A stretch of DNA of 62,557 nucleotides, counting the filler, from Globobulimina sp. (lineage: Eukaryota): the NCBI GenBank assembly GCA_003354225.1. It is 33 parts of 33 records of this genome, joined end to end, with 100 filler letters (N's around TTAATTAATTAA, not from the genome) between each part and the next. Parts side by side here need not be neighbours in the genome. Positions count along the whole stretch, not along the records: positions 22,798 to 24,596 come from PIVH01011812.1; positions 24,697 to 26,495 come from PIVH01011813.1; positions 26,596 to 28,394 come from PIVH01011814.1; positions 28,495 to 30,293 come from PIVH01011815.1; positions 30,394 to 32,192 come from PIVH01011816.1; positions 32,293 to 34,091 come from PIVH01011817.1; positions 34,192 to 35,990 come from PIVH01011818.1; positions 36,091 to 37,888 come from PIVH01011819.1; 25 more parts are not named here. One strand, written 5' to 3'. A model generated the notes under the pieces. It did no database searches. It had not been told where the DNA came from and saw only the letters and a program-made list of their open reading frames with translations. The translations under genes were made by a program, and so were the position numbers. Shown piece by piece: positions 23,433 through 36,182 of the stretch (within the stretch, counting starts at the first letter, position 1; every line of letters begins with the position of its first letter).

Positions 23433-24596
23433 ATGGGCAATGAACAAACCGTTTCAAACACCACAATCTCTCCAAAAATAAAAACTGCAATCGAGTGTTT
23501 CGCCAAAAAATTGAGTGAAATGGAATCCGGCAAAGCGCAACGTTCCCTACTTTTAAATTGCAAAGTTCTCCTCAATTCGCCAATGATTTCAGTTTAAATC
23601 AATGGATTAATATCGCCAAATACGTGTTGGAAAACGACAAAATCACTGCCAATTGTCGTCAGAAATGTGTTCCATCCTTAATCAAAGAGGACGACTTTTG
23701 GAAAAATTACTTTTATTTAGTATCTGAAGAAAAAAAAAAAAAATCAAAAAAAACTAAAAAAAAAGCACCAACAACAATTGCAACAACAACAGACATTGAT
23801 ATTGATATAAAAAAAGCAGACTCCGCCGACTCTGAAGACTCTGAAGACTCTGAAGACGATACATTCGAATTATTGTTGCATAAACCCATCATTTGGTTGT
23901 ACAAAATCCCCGCCACCATTTGGCGCGGTCGCAACAACAAATGCGAGCTCTGGAGTTTGCGCAATCCGCTGTGGATGGGCAGGCTACGCATTGTGGCCTA
24001 TAATCATGGCAAACATATCGAATTTCAATTTTTAGAGAAAGACGGCAAATTATTTTTGAAATCGACACGCATCAAATTCGAGGAAATCACGCCCGACGAC
24101 AATGGCGGCAATCCCATTCATGAATATTTTGACGCGTACGGCGTGATCGACAGTTCGCGATATTTTATAGTTTGGGTGGATGTGCCGAATAAAAACGGAT
24201 TAAAAAAGATCCCGTTTGGCTTTGGCATCAGAGAGAGGTTGGACGCCTTCGACATTCGAGCTTGCATTGCCGATCAGATGAAGATCATTCGGAGGCAAAC
24301 TGACCATGACAAGGATTGCAATGAGATATCGACTATGAATGAGGACGGCGACAATGAGGACACGGAGCAGAAGTACAATGGACATAAGTTTGAGTTGAAT
24401 GATGATGAAATGATCAGTATTGGACATGACATCGATATTGATATTGGACATGAGATTGACAATAAACAAGATGTGAAACATAAACATTCGACGATTTTGA
24501 AAGTGAAAACGGAGAGTGTTGTGACTGGCGATGTGGATGATGGGAGGTATAAGTTACCGCCACCTCGGTCGCCACCGTTGACGCCAAAGGATGAGT
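23433..24596 (+). CDS. BSD domain plus NECAP PHear domain protein, 3'-partial, with a frameshift between 23519 and about 23595
   Basis: ATG 23433 gives MGNEQTVS. BSD motif CRQKCVPSLIKEDDFWKNYFYLV. NECAP motifs WLYKIP, WMGRLRI, VIDSSRYF, GFGIRERLDAFD and C-terminal LPPP. Confidence 0.75.
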
Positions 24597-24696
24597 NNNN
24601 NNNNNNNNNNNNNNNNNNNNNNNNNNNNNNNNNNNNNNNNTTAATTAATTAANNNNNNNNNNNNNNNNNNNNNNNNNNNNNNNNNNNNNNNNNNNN

Positions 24697-25951
24697 TATT
24701 GTGTTTTGATTTCATTTTAAAATAACCCCTGGATACGTATACCATGAAAAGCATTACCAACAAAAGCAACAAGCCGCCGGCTATACATTCAAGCAGTAAT
24801 ATCATGTCCTGATCGCCTTTATTTCCCACTAAGTCATCATCAGATTGAGTTGAAATACTATTTGTCGCATATATTGTTGACCATGTTGTACTTATACTAT
24901 TTGTCGCATATATTGTTGTGGTAGGATCTGAATATTATTTATTTGTGTGCTCAAATAATATGTACAAAACACTACAGGCAAAGTGGCAAACTGTACTTGT
25001 TCTTGTTGGTGTAGCAGTTGTTGGAGTTGCACTCGGTTTATATGTTGGATGCATAGTTGGTTCTGTCGTCGGGTCATAGGTTGGCTTGGTCGTTGGATTA
25101 TATGTTGGATGTGGCGTTGGATCGTATGTTGGCTGGAAGGTTGGATTTGTCGTTGGGTCAGTACTTGGGTCATAGGTCGGATCTGTGCTGGGATAGTATG
25201 TTGGGAATATGGTTGGATTTGTAGTTGGTTGGGAGGTTGGATGTTGTGTTGGGTCAGCACTTGGATCATTTGTTGGATCACTATATAAAAACAATAATTT
25301 TAATTCGAAGCTAGGATATATAATTGCAAATAATTATAACTGCGTTGGGTGTGTTGTAGGATTAGCGGTCGGCGAGTCAGTGATGATGGTGCCAGTCAAT
25401 CTAAATAGATTTCTAACATAAAAACTGTCATCAGTTGGATGACTCCCACTGTTTTCCAATCTAATTCGAATTCCAATATTATTATTGCTGGCGCTCTCGG
25501 GTAGCTCCACAACATACGAAGTTAACGCATTTTGATCGTATTGTTGTAATTGGATCCAATTATAATTATCAATTTGATATTTCAGTACAGCAAATTCGTT
25601 CCAGTCTAATGCAGAATCGCCAGATAGAGATAATTGAAATTCTAAATTAATATGGTGATATCCGACAGTGTTTGTTCTGGATGTGGTGTATATATAACCA
25701 CCGCCATATATTCTTAATCGACTATTTACACCTACAACTTCGAAGGTATTATAGCTGGTAAAACCAGATAAAGAATCGATATGATCGTATGCTGAGTTAT
25801 ATGATGTTAGTACTGGTTATTGAATGAAACAAAGGTTTCTATTGAACAAACCCCAAAATATATACTGCGGCTCCGGTGCGCCGGGTACTGGAGTTGGTAC
25901 GAATTGGTAAACAAAAGAGATTACCAAAAACAAAGAAACAAACGACGTCAT
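24697..25951 (-). CDS. Type I membrane protein: signal peptide, beta-rich ectodomain, PTxD/PTYD stalk and TM; three introns; 3'-partial
   Basis: ATG 25951 gives MTSFVSLFLVISFVYQF. Introns at about 25852-25793, 25341-25282 and 24997-24929 link the exons. PT repeats lie at about 25000-25280; the TM is ILLLECIAGGLLLLLVMLFMVYV. Confidence 0.7.
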
Positions 25952-26051
25952 TATCAATTACTTTTGTGAACTGAAGGAAAAACCCAACAAAAAAATATTA
26001 TCCTATTTCTGTGTCAACGAGCAAGCACATATAATCAATCAATGGATTATG

Positions 26052-26495
26052 TCATTTAGTCGTTCTGGTATTTGCATTGATTATCAATCCATAGCTTGAT
26101 TCCGTTTCTTTTACCTTTTCCTCTGTTTCGTTCAATGAGTTAAAAAGATTTTTCTTATCCATTTCAGACATTAATAAATGTTTTAACATAAATTTTGTAT
26201 TCGAGTAATTTGTATCAAATGATAAATGATACACATCATTTTTAGGTAATTTTATTATTGTTGTTTGTATCCATTTTAACACACAATATGTCAATTCAAT
26301 ACATTTAGCAGTGATGGCAGGAAACATATTTTGTATTTCATTTGTATTCAATTCATGAATCTGTTGAATTTTCCCATTCTCTTGAAACGCTATAATTAAT
26401 CTATCAACACCTCCAAAATAACATTGACTCCACATTTTTAACAACTTCCCATCGGGAATATAGTTAATTTTCCATTTATTCGAACAATACTTATA
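26052..26495 (-). CDS. DXO/Rai1/Dom3Z decapping nuclease family, C-terminal part
   Basis: KLLKMWSQCYFGGVDRLIIAFQENGKIQQI matches DXO KLLKWWAQSFL.GV..I..GFR...G. Confidence 0.65.
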   Translation of the reverse strand, partial: YKYCSNKWKINYIPDGKLLKMWSQCYFGGVDRLIIAFQENGKIQQIHELNTNEIQNMFPAITAKCIELTYCVLKWIQTTIIKLPKNDVYHLSFDTNYSNTKFMLKHLLMSEMDKKNLFNSLNETEEKVKETESSYGLIINANTRTTK

Positions 26496-26648
26496 NNNNN
26501 NNNNNNNNNNNNNNNNNNNNNNNNNNNNNNNNNNNNNNNTTAATTAATTAANNNNNNNNNNNNNNNNNNNNNNNNNNNNNNNNNNNNNNNNNNNNATTAT
26601 GATAATCATTCCCCAAATTTATTACACCTCTTATTTTGTTTAACTACC

Positions 26649-28194
26649 ATGTCTACCAACGAACAACTTCTCATAGGCTGCAACGGTGAATTAAGCCGGG
26701 GGCTGCCTTCTGCATTAACCATGTCACAGTCACACCCAAACCTGGTGGATATTGTATTGGAAACAAGCGAGCCGTCCCAAGAATTCCATGTTTATAAAAG
26801 GAGATTTTTAATCTGTTTGGCATATTCTTTGAACGGTATGGCCAATGCAATGATTTGGATATCTTTTGCTCCGGTCCAATCCACAAGTTCCACATATTTT
26901 GATGTACCTTCAACTACAATTAATTGGTTATCTGTTATATTTATGATTACATACATTCCATCGTCATTACTTTCAATTTACTCTTTTCAATATTTTGGAT
27001 TAAGGTTTGTCTCCATTTATTCTCTGTTGCTAACTGCTAACAGCACTCATATCTGATACCAACAGAAAATCATTTCTATGGTCATCATTATTACAATTTA
27101 TTGGATGTATAATTCGATTTATTGGTACAATTTATAGCTCGTATTCCTTGGTATTTATTGGTCAGTTTCTAGCAAGTATTTGTCAGCCATTTTTTACAAA
27201 CAGTCCGGCACGAATTGCAGCTGAATGGTTTAGTAAAGATGCACGAGATCTGGCCACTTCATTGTTGAGTATGGTAAATCCATTGGGAACTGGCATTGGC
27301 AGTGTATGTCCCACATTGTTTATAACTGAAACTGGTACAAATTTATTCGGATTCAACGGCTTAATGTTTATGCAAATTATTATCACTCTCATTTCTTTGA
27401 TTTGCACTTATTTTGTGTTCGAGGATAAACCAGAAACTCCAGCCTCATTATCTCAATATTTGAAGCATGTAAAAGAAGAAGAAAATCAACACGAAAAGAA
27501 AAATGAATTGAGCAATAACATAGCATTTATTTTCGAACAGCTTAAATTGTTATTTCGCAACAAAGATTTTAATTTATTATTTTTCGGATTTGGTATTGGT
27601 TTGGGATTATTTAATGCATTGACCACACTCATTAACCAATACACAGAGTCATACGGATACAATACTGATGATGCCGGCGTGTTTGGTGGCTTATTAATTG
27701 GTGGCGGTTTAATCGGTGCGGTATTATTTGGGGTGACAATGGACATTACAAATAATTATAGATTGTTACTCAAAGTCAGTGCAACATCGACTTGTATGAT
27801 GGTTGCTATTTTTGTATGGCAATTGAAACCAAATAATATGGTTGGTGTTGCAATCATATTTGTTATATTTGGATTTTTTGCGTTGCCTTTGGTTCCACTG
27901 ACTTTTGAGTGTGCTGCAGAATGTACATATCCATTTAATGAGGAATTATCATCAGCAATGTTAATGAGTTCTGGACAAATATTTGGTATTATTTTTGTTA
28001 TAATTTGGGGCCAACAAATACCAGAGTCTGAATACGAAAATCAATCCAATTTTAGTTCTTATTTTATGGTCATTGTCGCCTTCATCATGCTAATATTTTT
28101 GTTATTTTTCAAGGGTGAATACAAACGGTTACATGCTATCGATGAAAAAACGAAACTGGCAAACGATTCAAACGATTCAATCGATAGAAATTAA
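26649..28194 (+). CDS. MFS transporter, FLVCR/SLC49 (MFSD7-like) family; intron 27005-27065
   Basis: Motifs VYKRRF, NAMIWISFAP, INWLS, GQFLASICQPF, AAEWF and FECAAECTYP; about 12 TM segments. The intron joins FGLR/KSFLW. Confidence 0.9.
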
Positions 28195-28494
28195 AGATGT
28201 TATATAAATTTGACTACTTTAGAATAGCACATATTTGAAACACATTTGACTTTTTAGGTTCACACTTCTAAACACTAGCTTCTTTTGTGATTGACTAAGT
28301 TCTTTAAAGTTCCTATTGGATCTAACACATAACTAAGAAGGGCCCCATACCCACCCATCGGCTTCTCCTTATAGTACGTCCATCCATACGTTTTNNNNNN
28401 NNNNNNNNNNNNNNNNNNNNNNNNNNNNNNNNNNNNNNTTAATTAATTAANNNNNNNNNNNNNNNNNNNNNNNNNNNNNNNNNNNNNNNNNNNN

Positions 28495-28700
28495 GGCGTT
28501 GCAGTGATATTTACGGTACTCACAATGCTGTATTGCCAGAAATCATGATTGTTATCGCCATTATTAGCACCTGCAAACGCATACACATATGAATATATCC
28601 ACCGATGATCGCAATATGTTGGCCATAGACAACTGGCAAAGGATCAATTACTGTCCATTCTTGATTTGGAAAAATGATTGTTATCACCATATGGAAAAAG
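28495..28700 (-). pseudogene. Kelch-repeat surface-protein fragment with frameshift
   Basis: WTVIDPLP...HIAIIGGY is followed by a shifted frame YVYAFAG...WQYSIVSTVNITATP. Confidence 0.35.
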
Positions 28701-29151
28701 AAACAAAAGTACAAATAAAATAACAAAAAATTAATGTGAATGTAAATCATGATCATTAAAAGAAGTTAGATTAAATTGTACAAATGTGTATAAATAATTA
28801 GCTGTATAATTCCTGAAATATTCCATTTCTTCACATCTGAATTTCTGATAAAACAACTGTTTATATCCAAATTGAAGAGCATAAAATTTTAATCTAAACC
28901 ATATTTTACAAATTTGAACATCTTCAAATGATTCATACTAATACATTCATATTAATTCATGGTCATTCAATTCCATTTTTTAGTTTTGTATCAAGAAATG
29001 ACCCAAGAATGCCAGTCTTATTTGGATTGGGTCTAAGAGCTTTCCTGCTCAATTCAATAGTCAATACAAACTGAACAAGGACAAGGTTTTCAGCTTGGTT
29101 ACATATTCTTGTTATTTAGTATTCTTGGGTTTGTGAGGATATTAAGTGCAA

Positions 29152-30130
29152 CTATAAATATTGTAAATCATATGCTACCAATACAGCAGCCACTGCATAA
29201 TATGCAAACATTTGTACATAGACAGGACCAAATAAAAGACCAATAACCATCGTGGATCCAACACCAGACAATAAAAAAAATGCTAACAATCGAGCTACAA
29301 ATGGATATATATATATTTTTTTGCCATCTGAGCCATAACCAATTGCAATCCCCATAAGTATTAAAATTATGCTACAGACAATGCCGCAAATTAAAAGACC
29401 ACCGGACAATGTTCTAACAGCAAATTGTACTGAATTGTCATCATCATCATCCAACAAATTTAACTCCTTATTCCAATACGCAAAAAGTAAAAAAGAGCGT
29501 AACGAAATAAATAGCGATTTTACGCATAATCGAACACGGATATCATCACCAACTGATTTCATAATATCAAATGCTAAATACATTGAAAATGATGCCAAAA
29601 ATATTGCCGATCCAATAAATAACGAACGACAATAACCCAAAAAATCAGTGTCGTATGGAAATGAGCCATCATCTTTAATACATTCTTTCTGAGTGTCTAT
29701 AATTATAAAAAACATGTCCTGCACACAACATATAATTAAACGACAATGTATATCAACACAAACCATGAATCATTGTTACAAATGACATAATCGACCCAAC
29801 AACAAATAATAATACAGTAAACCCATTACAATCACATTTGCAATGTGCACAATACAAAGAACATAAATAGCTGCAAACAGCAAACCATAAAATAGAATTT
29901 ATTGATATTCCACGTATTTCATTTGCATTTGGCGTAACCCACTGTTCGTCATCAAAATAAATATATGCATACATATTATTTGCCATTTGCGCGGTTATCA
30001 ATATAACATATACTAAACACCATAATGTTAGTCGAACATGACGATTATCTAAAATCGATACATTTTTTTGATCGGATAATTTCGGGTCGTTATGTCGACT
30101 CTGATCGAATTGATTTAGTTCAGTAGTCAT
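29152..30130 (-). CDS. Multi-pass (about 7 TM) membrane protein of unknown function; intron 29763-29697
   Basis: A GTTTGT...TATAG intron joins the two ORFs (TMIH/DTQKEC) into 303 aa with about seven hydrophobic segments. Confidence 0.65.
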
Positions 30131-30393
30131 GTTTTATTGCGTTTTTTATCTGTTTGATCAAAGTATATTTGCACCCAATGCACGGAAACGGCATTTATCT
30201 GCATCCCGTGTTATGCAGTAAATTTATTTACATTTTAGCAGTGCGACAGCCAACAGAAAGAATACTATCTGCCACGCAAATGATGCATGGGATNNNNNNN
30301 NNNNNNNNNNNNNNNNNNNNNNNNNNNNNNNNNNNNNTTAATTAATTAANNNNNNNNNNNNNNNNNNNNNNNNNNNNNNNNNNNNNNNNNNNN

Positions 30394-31042
30394 AAAAATA
30401 TCGCTTTTCGTTTATTATTTGCTTTGCCCATTAATGACTTATTTCGATTACTTCGCGCCGTCAAATAACACGACTCGATATCACATAAAAATGATTCATC
30501 CTTACTTTCTTCAGCCATTTTGAAGGCATTTCTCTTTTCATTAACAACATATCGATAATCAGTTAAAAATTGTTGCATATTATAATAATTACCGAGTTTA
30601 TGACAAATAATATCATACATATTGATAATTTGTGTATTATCTTTATTATTTCTATGATATTTTATCCATTCTCGATACACACTTAAAATAAATGTCAATC
30701 TTGACACACACTCATTTTTATTGGATTTCTCATTGTTTTCGTTGAATAGTTGATTTAAATCATATTTATCACAAATATCAATACCTAATTCAACTAAATC
30801 TTTATAAATTAATGATGATTTTTGTTTTTGTTTAATTTTTGCTTCTTTTTTGTGTTGTGTTTTCTGTAAATAATGAGATTTCTCATTTAATTCGTTAAAT
30901 AGTACGTGTGGTGGATTTACATTATATTTACCACCAATATCAATATCTAATTTTTGTTGTGGTTTCTGTAAATAAATTAAAAGCAGAATTATTATTTTGT
31001 TTGAATTTAGATAATAGACCATACACTTATTTTATTTCCCAT
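30394..31042 (-). CDS. N-myristoylated hypothetical protein, 3'-partial; micro-exon 31042-31025, intron 31024-30966
   Basis: The 18-nt exon MGNKIS splices in frame to KPQQKLD. The Cys/His pattern (CVSRL..IL..Y, FLTDY, CDIESC...RSNR) resembles the N-terminal region of the 3801-5492 protein. Confidence 0.6.
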
Positions 31043-31200
31043 ACTTCACCGAACACTGACACTCGGACTTTTATGTCATCGAAAGGAAAAACTTCTGGAA
31101 AATATAAATAAAAACAATGGTTATTTGAGATTGTTGAAGAATACATCAAACAAACTCAAATTTCTTTCTTCAATCAAACAATACTCAGTGAGATAATATA

Positions 31201-32192
31201 TCAATATCCTTGAATCTCACCTTGTGTTTCAATTTGAACTGGCTCATATTTGTGTTTATTTTGTTTAAAATATTGATAAAACCATGGATGACATATCACA
31301 TCTTCACAACATTGAATCCTATCATTCACATCAAAAACCAACAAATGATTTAATAACAAATCATATAAATTATATGATATTTTGCCATCAACAAACCATG
31401 CAATCAACAAACATTGCAACTTATTTCCATATTCCTTCTCTATCATTTTATATTTATAATAATATTCCAACTGCGCATCCTCAGCATTTAATTGATGTTT
31501 CACAATTTCATCCTGTGTCAATTCAAACGGATTTTTAAAATCATTTAACATAAAAAATAAAAGCAATCCAAATGACCATAAATCACTGCTAAATGAATAT
31601 GCATTATTTGAAGAATTAATATCATTTCCAATCTCTTTTGAGACCCAACCAATTGTTCCTTTCCAGCAATCCATTGCATAGCCTCTCTTTTTGTCCATTT
31701 CCAATATCATATCAAAATCAATCAGTTTCCACTCATTCTTATCATTGCACATTATATACATTAAATGGTGTGATATCATTGTGTGTGTATCCAGTTTCAT
31801 GTAAAATGAATAATTTATGCAAAATATCACTCATTATACGTTTTAATTGTGTCTCATTGAATTTGTTTTTAACATATTTCAGTTCATTCAGGTTCATTTT
31901 TAATTTTTCGGTTACAATTAATAGCTGTTTGTTGTTTTCATCATAATAAATTCCATAATGATGCAATAATGATTTGTCGGATATTAATTGATATTCAACA
32001 CAAGCTTTCCTTAATTCATTTGGAATTTCGTCAATATCAGAATTAATAAATATTATTTTAACCACAAGGGTTGTTTCAACCTTATAATTACTTGTTTCAT
32101 TTCCTTCCAATTCATCAAATTCGTCTTGTGTTTTTTCATCTGATTTTTTGGATGTTATCGAATGAATAATTCCTTGTCCCCCTGTTTGTAAT
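31201..32192 (-). pseudogene. Protein kinase-like gene with a 4-nt frameshift, 5'-partial
   Basis: Motifs LQTGGQGII, LVVKII, LHETGYTHNDITPFN [extra GTAT at about 31756-31759] IMCN..WKLIDFD, GTIGW, SDLWSFG and HPWF. Confidence 0.75.
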
Positions 32193-32998
32193 NNNNNNNN
32201 NNNNNNNNNNNNNNNNNNNNNNNNNNNNNNNNNNNNTTAATTAATTAANNNNNNNNNNNNNNNNNNNNNNNNNNNNNNNNNNNNNNNNNNNNCAAAATCA
32301 TCTACAAAACAAAACTAACAACAAACCAATTGGGCAATTCAATTCCAGATTTTGTTGGCTCATTTGGTTGCACTCTTATTAATAACCGCCATTTATCCCC
32401 ACACTAAATGGATATTTAGTTATTGCAATCTCGTGTTTTAGCACGCAATAATGTATAAAAAATCGCAATAGTATATATAACAATCATAGCAAATTTGTGT
32501 TTTTTATAATGTCGATTGATATTTTGATTTTGGATCCCACTGATTGCGAGTCGATTCATATGGTTCATCTGAATCTGAATCCGAATATGGTTCATGACCC
32601 GAATTTGAATCATGAAATTTATAAAAAATCATAGCAAATAGTGGATCGCCACGTCCGCGTCCACATATATCCAATTAATTGCTAGTATTGAGTCCTCCAC
32701 ATATATCCACGTCCGAGTCTGCCGACCAAAAAAGCTAATGCTGCTGTATCCAATTAATCGACCTTCTTTGATTACAGTTGGATTTAACTTAAGTGTCATA
32801 TTGATTCTCAGTGAAAACTTTAGTCAGTATCTAACTACCGCAAAACCTTGCTAATCGTTGAAACGAAGCTAAGCTAAACGAAACTAACCCAAAAACGTTA
32901 TATGTAACGTATATGTATCAACAAAGGAATAATATACGAAAAAATAGATTTAAAATTAATTCAAAACTTTTATTAATTATTTTATTACAATAGCAAGA

Positions 32999-34041
32999 TT
33001 ATTTTATTTTATAGCATTTTGTGTGATCTGATGACACAACAACAGTGTATCCATTGCTAAAATGAATCGTCATATTGCCTGTTGCTTCTTTATTGCGACT
33101 CCCAAATATTAATCCATGTAATAAACAAATGACTGTCATTTGCAATTTATTAATTGTTGGAATGAGACATCTCCATTCTTTTGCTTCGTTCGCATTTGGA
33201 GGACATACAAAATTTTTTTGTTTGTCTGATGAGGTATATTCACTATATTCAGATCTCTGTATATTCCATCCCGTTTCATCGGGAATTTTATAAATTACAG
33301 ATTGTACTCGTCCTTTGTTGGATGTAGTAGCAACGTGAGGAAACTCAGATTGATTTATCACTTTGCGACAAATGTTTGCTCTGAATTTATACTCAATATC
33401 TTCAACACTGAGACGACATTCAGGCACTGTTTGTATACTCGTAGGTTGCCAAATATGATTAGGACATTGCGTTGCCGCATTATATTGTTGTTGATATAAT
33501 TCGTCATTAACAATGGCAGGTCCTATATTTGTATGTGTATACTGTATCATTACAGATGCATAGAAAAGAACATACTTATAGCGTTTGTTGCATTTGGTAT
33601 ATTATGTCGGTGCGATTGATATGGTGATCTACGTGGACGTATCTCGCCCTTTCTGGTCCATTTGCCATCATGACCACGTGACAAATTGTCTGAAAAATAT
33701 AGAGTTTTATGATTGTGTCTATGACGAGATCGCGAACTGCTGCTTTTTGAATACTTGCGTTGTGATGAATGGTGAATCGGATTATATCGTGATGGTGAAT
33801 TATATCGTGATCGCGACCGTGATCGCGACCGCGAATGTCCAGATTTATCATTTCTACGATCTTTTCGATTCGATCTTTTCGATCTTTTCGAATGTGAATG
33901 TGAATGCGAATGCGAATGTGATCTGGATTTGGATTTGGGTTTCGTCTTCATCGCCAAATCAATGATCTCTCCGTCTTCTTCTTCTTTGCTTTTGCATTTG
34001 GTATTGACTTTGCGTTGATTTGTTGACGCATTCATTGACAC
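32999..34041 (-). CDS. Arg/Ser/His-rich protein; intron 33575-33523
   Basis: SH and RS dipeptide runs. A GTATGT...ATAG intron joins the two ORFs in frame. ATG at 34035 is the likelier start. Confidence 0.6.
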
Positions 34042-34401
34042 TTATTTAAATTTTTTGTATTACTAACTCAACTGTAAAATTTTTACATCATNNNNNNNNN
34101 NNNNNNNNNNNNNNNNNNNNNNNNNNNNNNNNNNNTTAATTAATTAANNNNNNNNNNNNNNNNNNNNNNNNNNNNNNNNNNNNNNNNNNNNAATTTGCTT
34201 TCACATTCTCTTTTTTTTCTGCTGCCATTGTGATTTGAACTGGAAAAAACTGTGTTGCTTAATTATTAAAATAATTGCATGTAAGATGCGATTTTACAGC
34301 CTAATAAAAAAAACAAATGATGAAAAAACATGTGATGTTACAATAATAAGCAGAAAAAACAAGCTAAGAAAGAAAAAAAACAATATATATAGGTTTGATG
34401 A

Positions 34402-35990
34402 TTAACTACGATCAACAGAGAATTCTCTCGTTCTTACGTTTGAATGAGAGGAAGATCGGTGAAATTCAAGCGATTTTCTTTTCGCTTCCATGAGATGAAG
34501 TTGTAAGGTTTGCTGTCTTACTTCCGGAGCAAGATCAGCTCTGTAAAATGTCCGTAGTTCCGGTTTAATATCAGATTGGTAAATATCAATAAATAAATGA
34601 TCAACAAAATAAGAGACAGTCATTAATATTAGACACCATACAGAATAATAAAATGATTGTGTTGGAAATGCATTAGTCCAATACGCGCCACATGGAATAA
34701 TAAATATAATTGGAAATCTACAAATAATTGATTTCCAAGAAAATATAAATTTTGGGTGAGCCGTTCTTAACAAATACATTGTAATCAGAGATAATGTTAA
34801 TGCACAACCTAAAATCACAGAAAATTCAATCCATCCTTTACCAGAATACTCATAACAATCACCCAAAATATGGTACCTTTGGCAACATGCATCCTTTAAT
34901 TGTAATACATAATTATTTGATTCTGCTGTATCATAATATTCATAATATTTTTCAGCATCAATCCAACATATTTCTAATGATAATGACAATAATAATAATT
35001 TCCATCCCGCTCCAACCAGCATTAGAAAAAATGCCAAAACCCCATGCAACAATGTCCATATTACACTGCCTGGGCTGCCGGGATGCATTAATGCTTTTTA
35101 TTTGTTATCATTTAGTAAATGAATTGGAGAAAGAAGAAAGAACAAACCATGAAAATGCATTGAATTTATTTTGCTACTCTCCAAATAAAAATGCGACACT
35201 AAATATGTTATTCCAAAGGCACATAATATGGATATGTAATGTTGGAAAGTAATATCTTTTTCTTTTTCATGACTGCCAAAGTCTAATTTATTTGTAGTCG
35301 CAATCAATGCTAATATTGATTCGCCAGTCGCAATCATTACAAATATGCCCCATCGCTCCACTATTTTCTCAAACACGTCCTGTGGTAAAGCTAACATTTC
35401 ATCATTTGGCGTTAATATCACTCGGAATGAGTTAGATGATATCCATAATATCACCACACTTACAATAATAATACATAATTCTGACAAGAATATGTCATCG
35501 ATGATCGACACAACAAATAAACATATTATGGATACAAAATATAATATAATCCGCTTACGGGCATACAACTGACAATTTTCGACATGATAATAGTACACAA
35601 TGTGCAACAATGTTATACATAATAAACATATTATTATCCCAGTTATAAAGCCGCCAATATTCGACGATAAAAGTTCTTCTTTACTCATCTGCAGTGTCAT
35701 GGTGACAATCCCTGCCAAATACAAAAACTTCAATATGTCGTCAAATACTCCGGGAACCTCCGTGAACCGTATCAATGTTACACTTAATTCATACCAAACC
35801 ATAAAAAATGATAAAAAAAAGATGCCCGCTTCTACAAATAACATGGACAAACAATTCAATTCAATGTAATTATTGCTAGACAAACATTGATTGATTGAAA
35901 TATTTTTGATTTGGTCTGCGAAATTTATAATAATTGCTACAAACACTAAATCTGCAAACTCACTGAACCATTGATGTCGATGTTCTTCAT
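34402..35990 (-). CDS. Low-temperature requirement A (LtrA)-like membrane protein, 5'-partial; intron 35147-35094
   Basis: LtrA motifs QWFSEFADLVFVA and ERWGIFVMIATGESIL. The intron joins MHFH/ALMHPG. About 11-12 TM segments. Confidence 0.75.
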
Positions 35991-36182
35991 NNNNNNNNNN
36001 NNNNNNNNNNNNNNNNNNNNNNNNNNNNNNNNNNTTAATTAATTAANNNNNNNNNNNNNNNNNNNNNNNNNNNNNNNNNNNNNNNNNNNNGTAGTTTTAG
36101 ATTCAAATTCAATTGTAACAATATACATATCCAAGAAAAAAAAAATAACACGTGTCAGTGAGTTAGGAAAAATAAAATAAAA

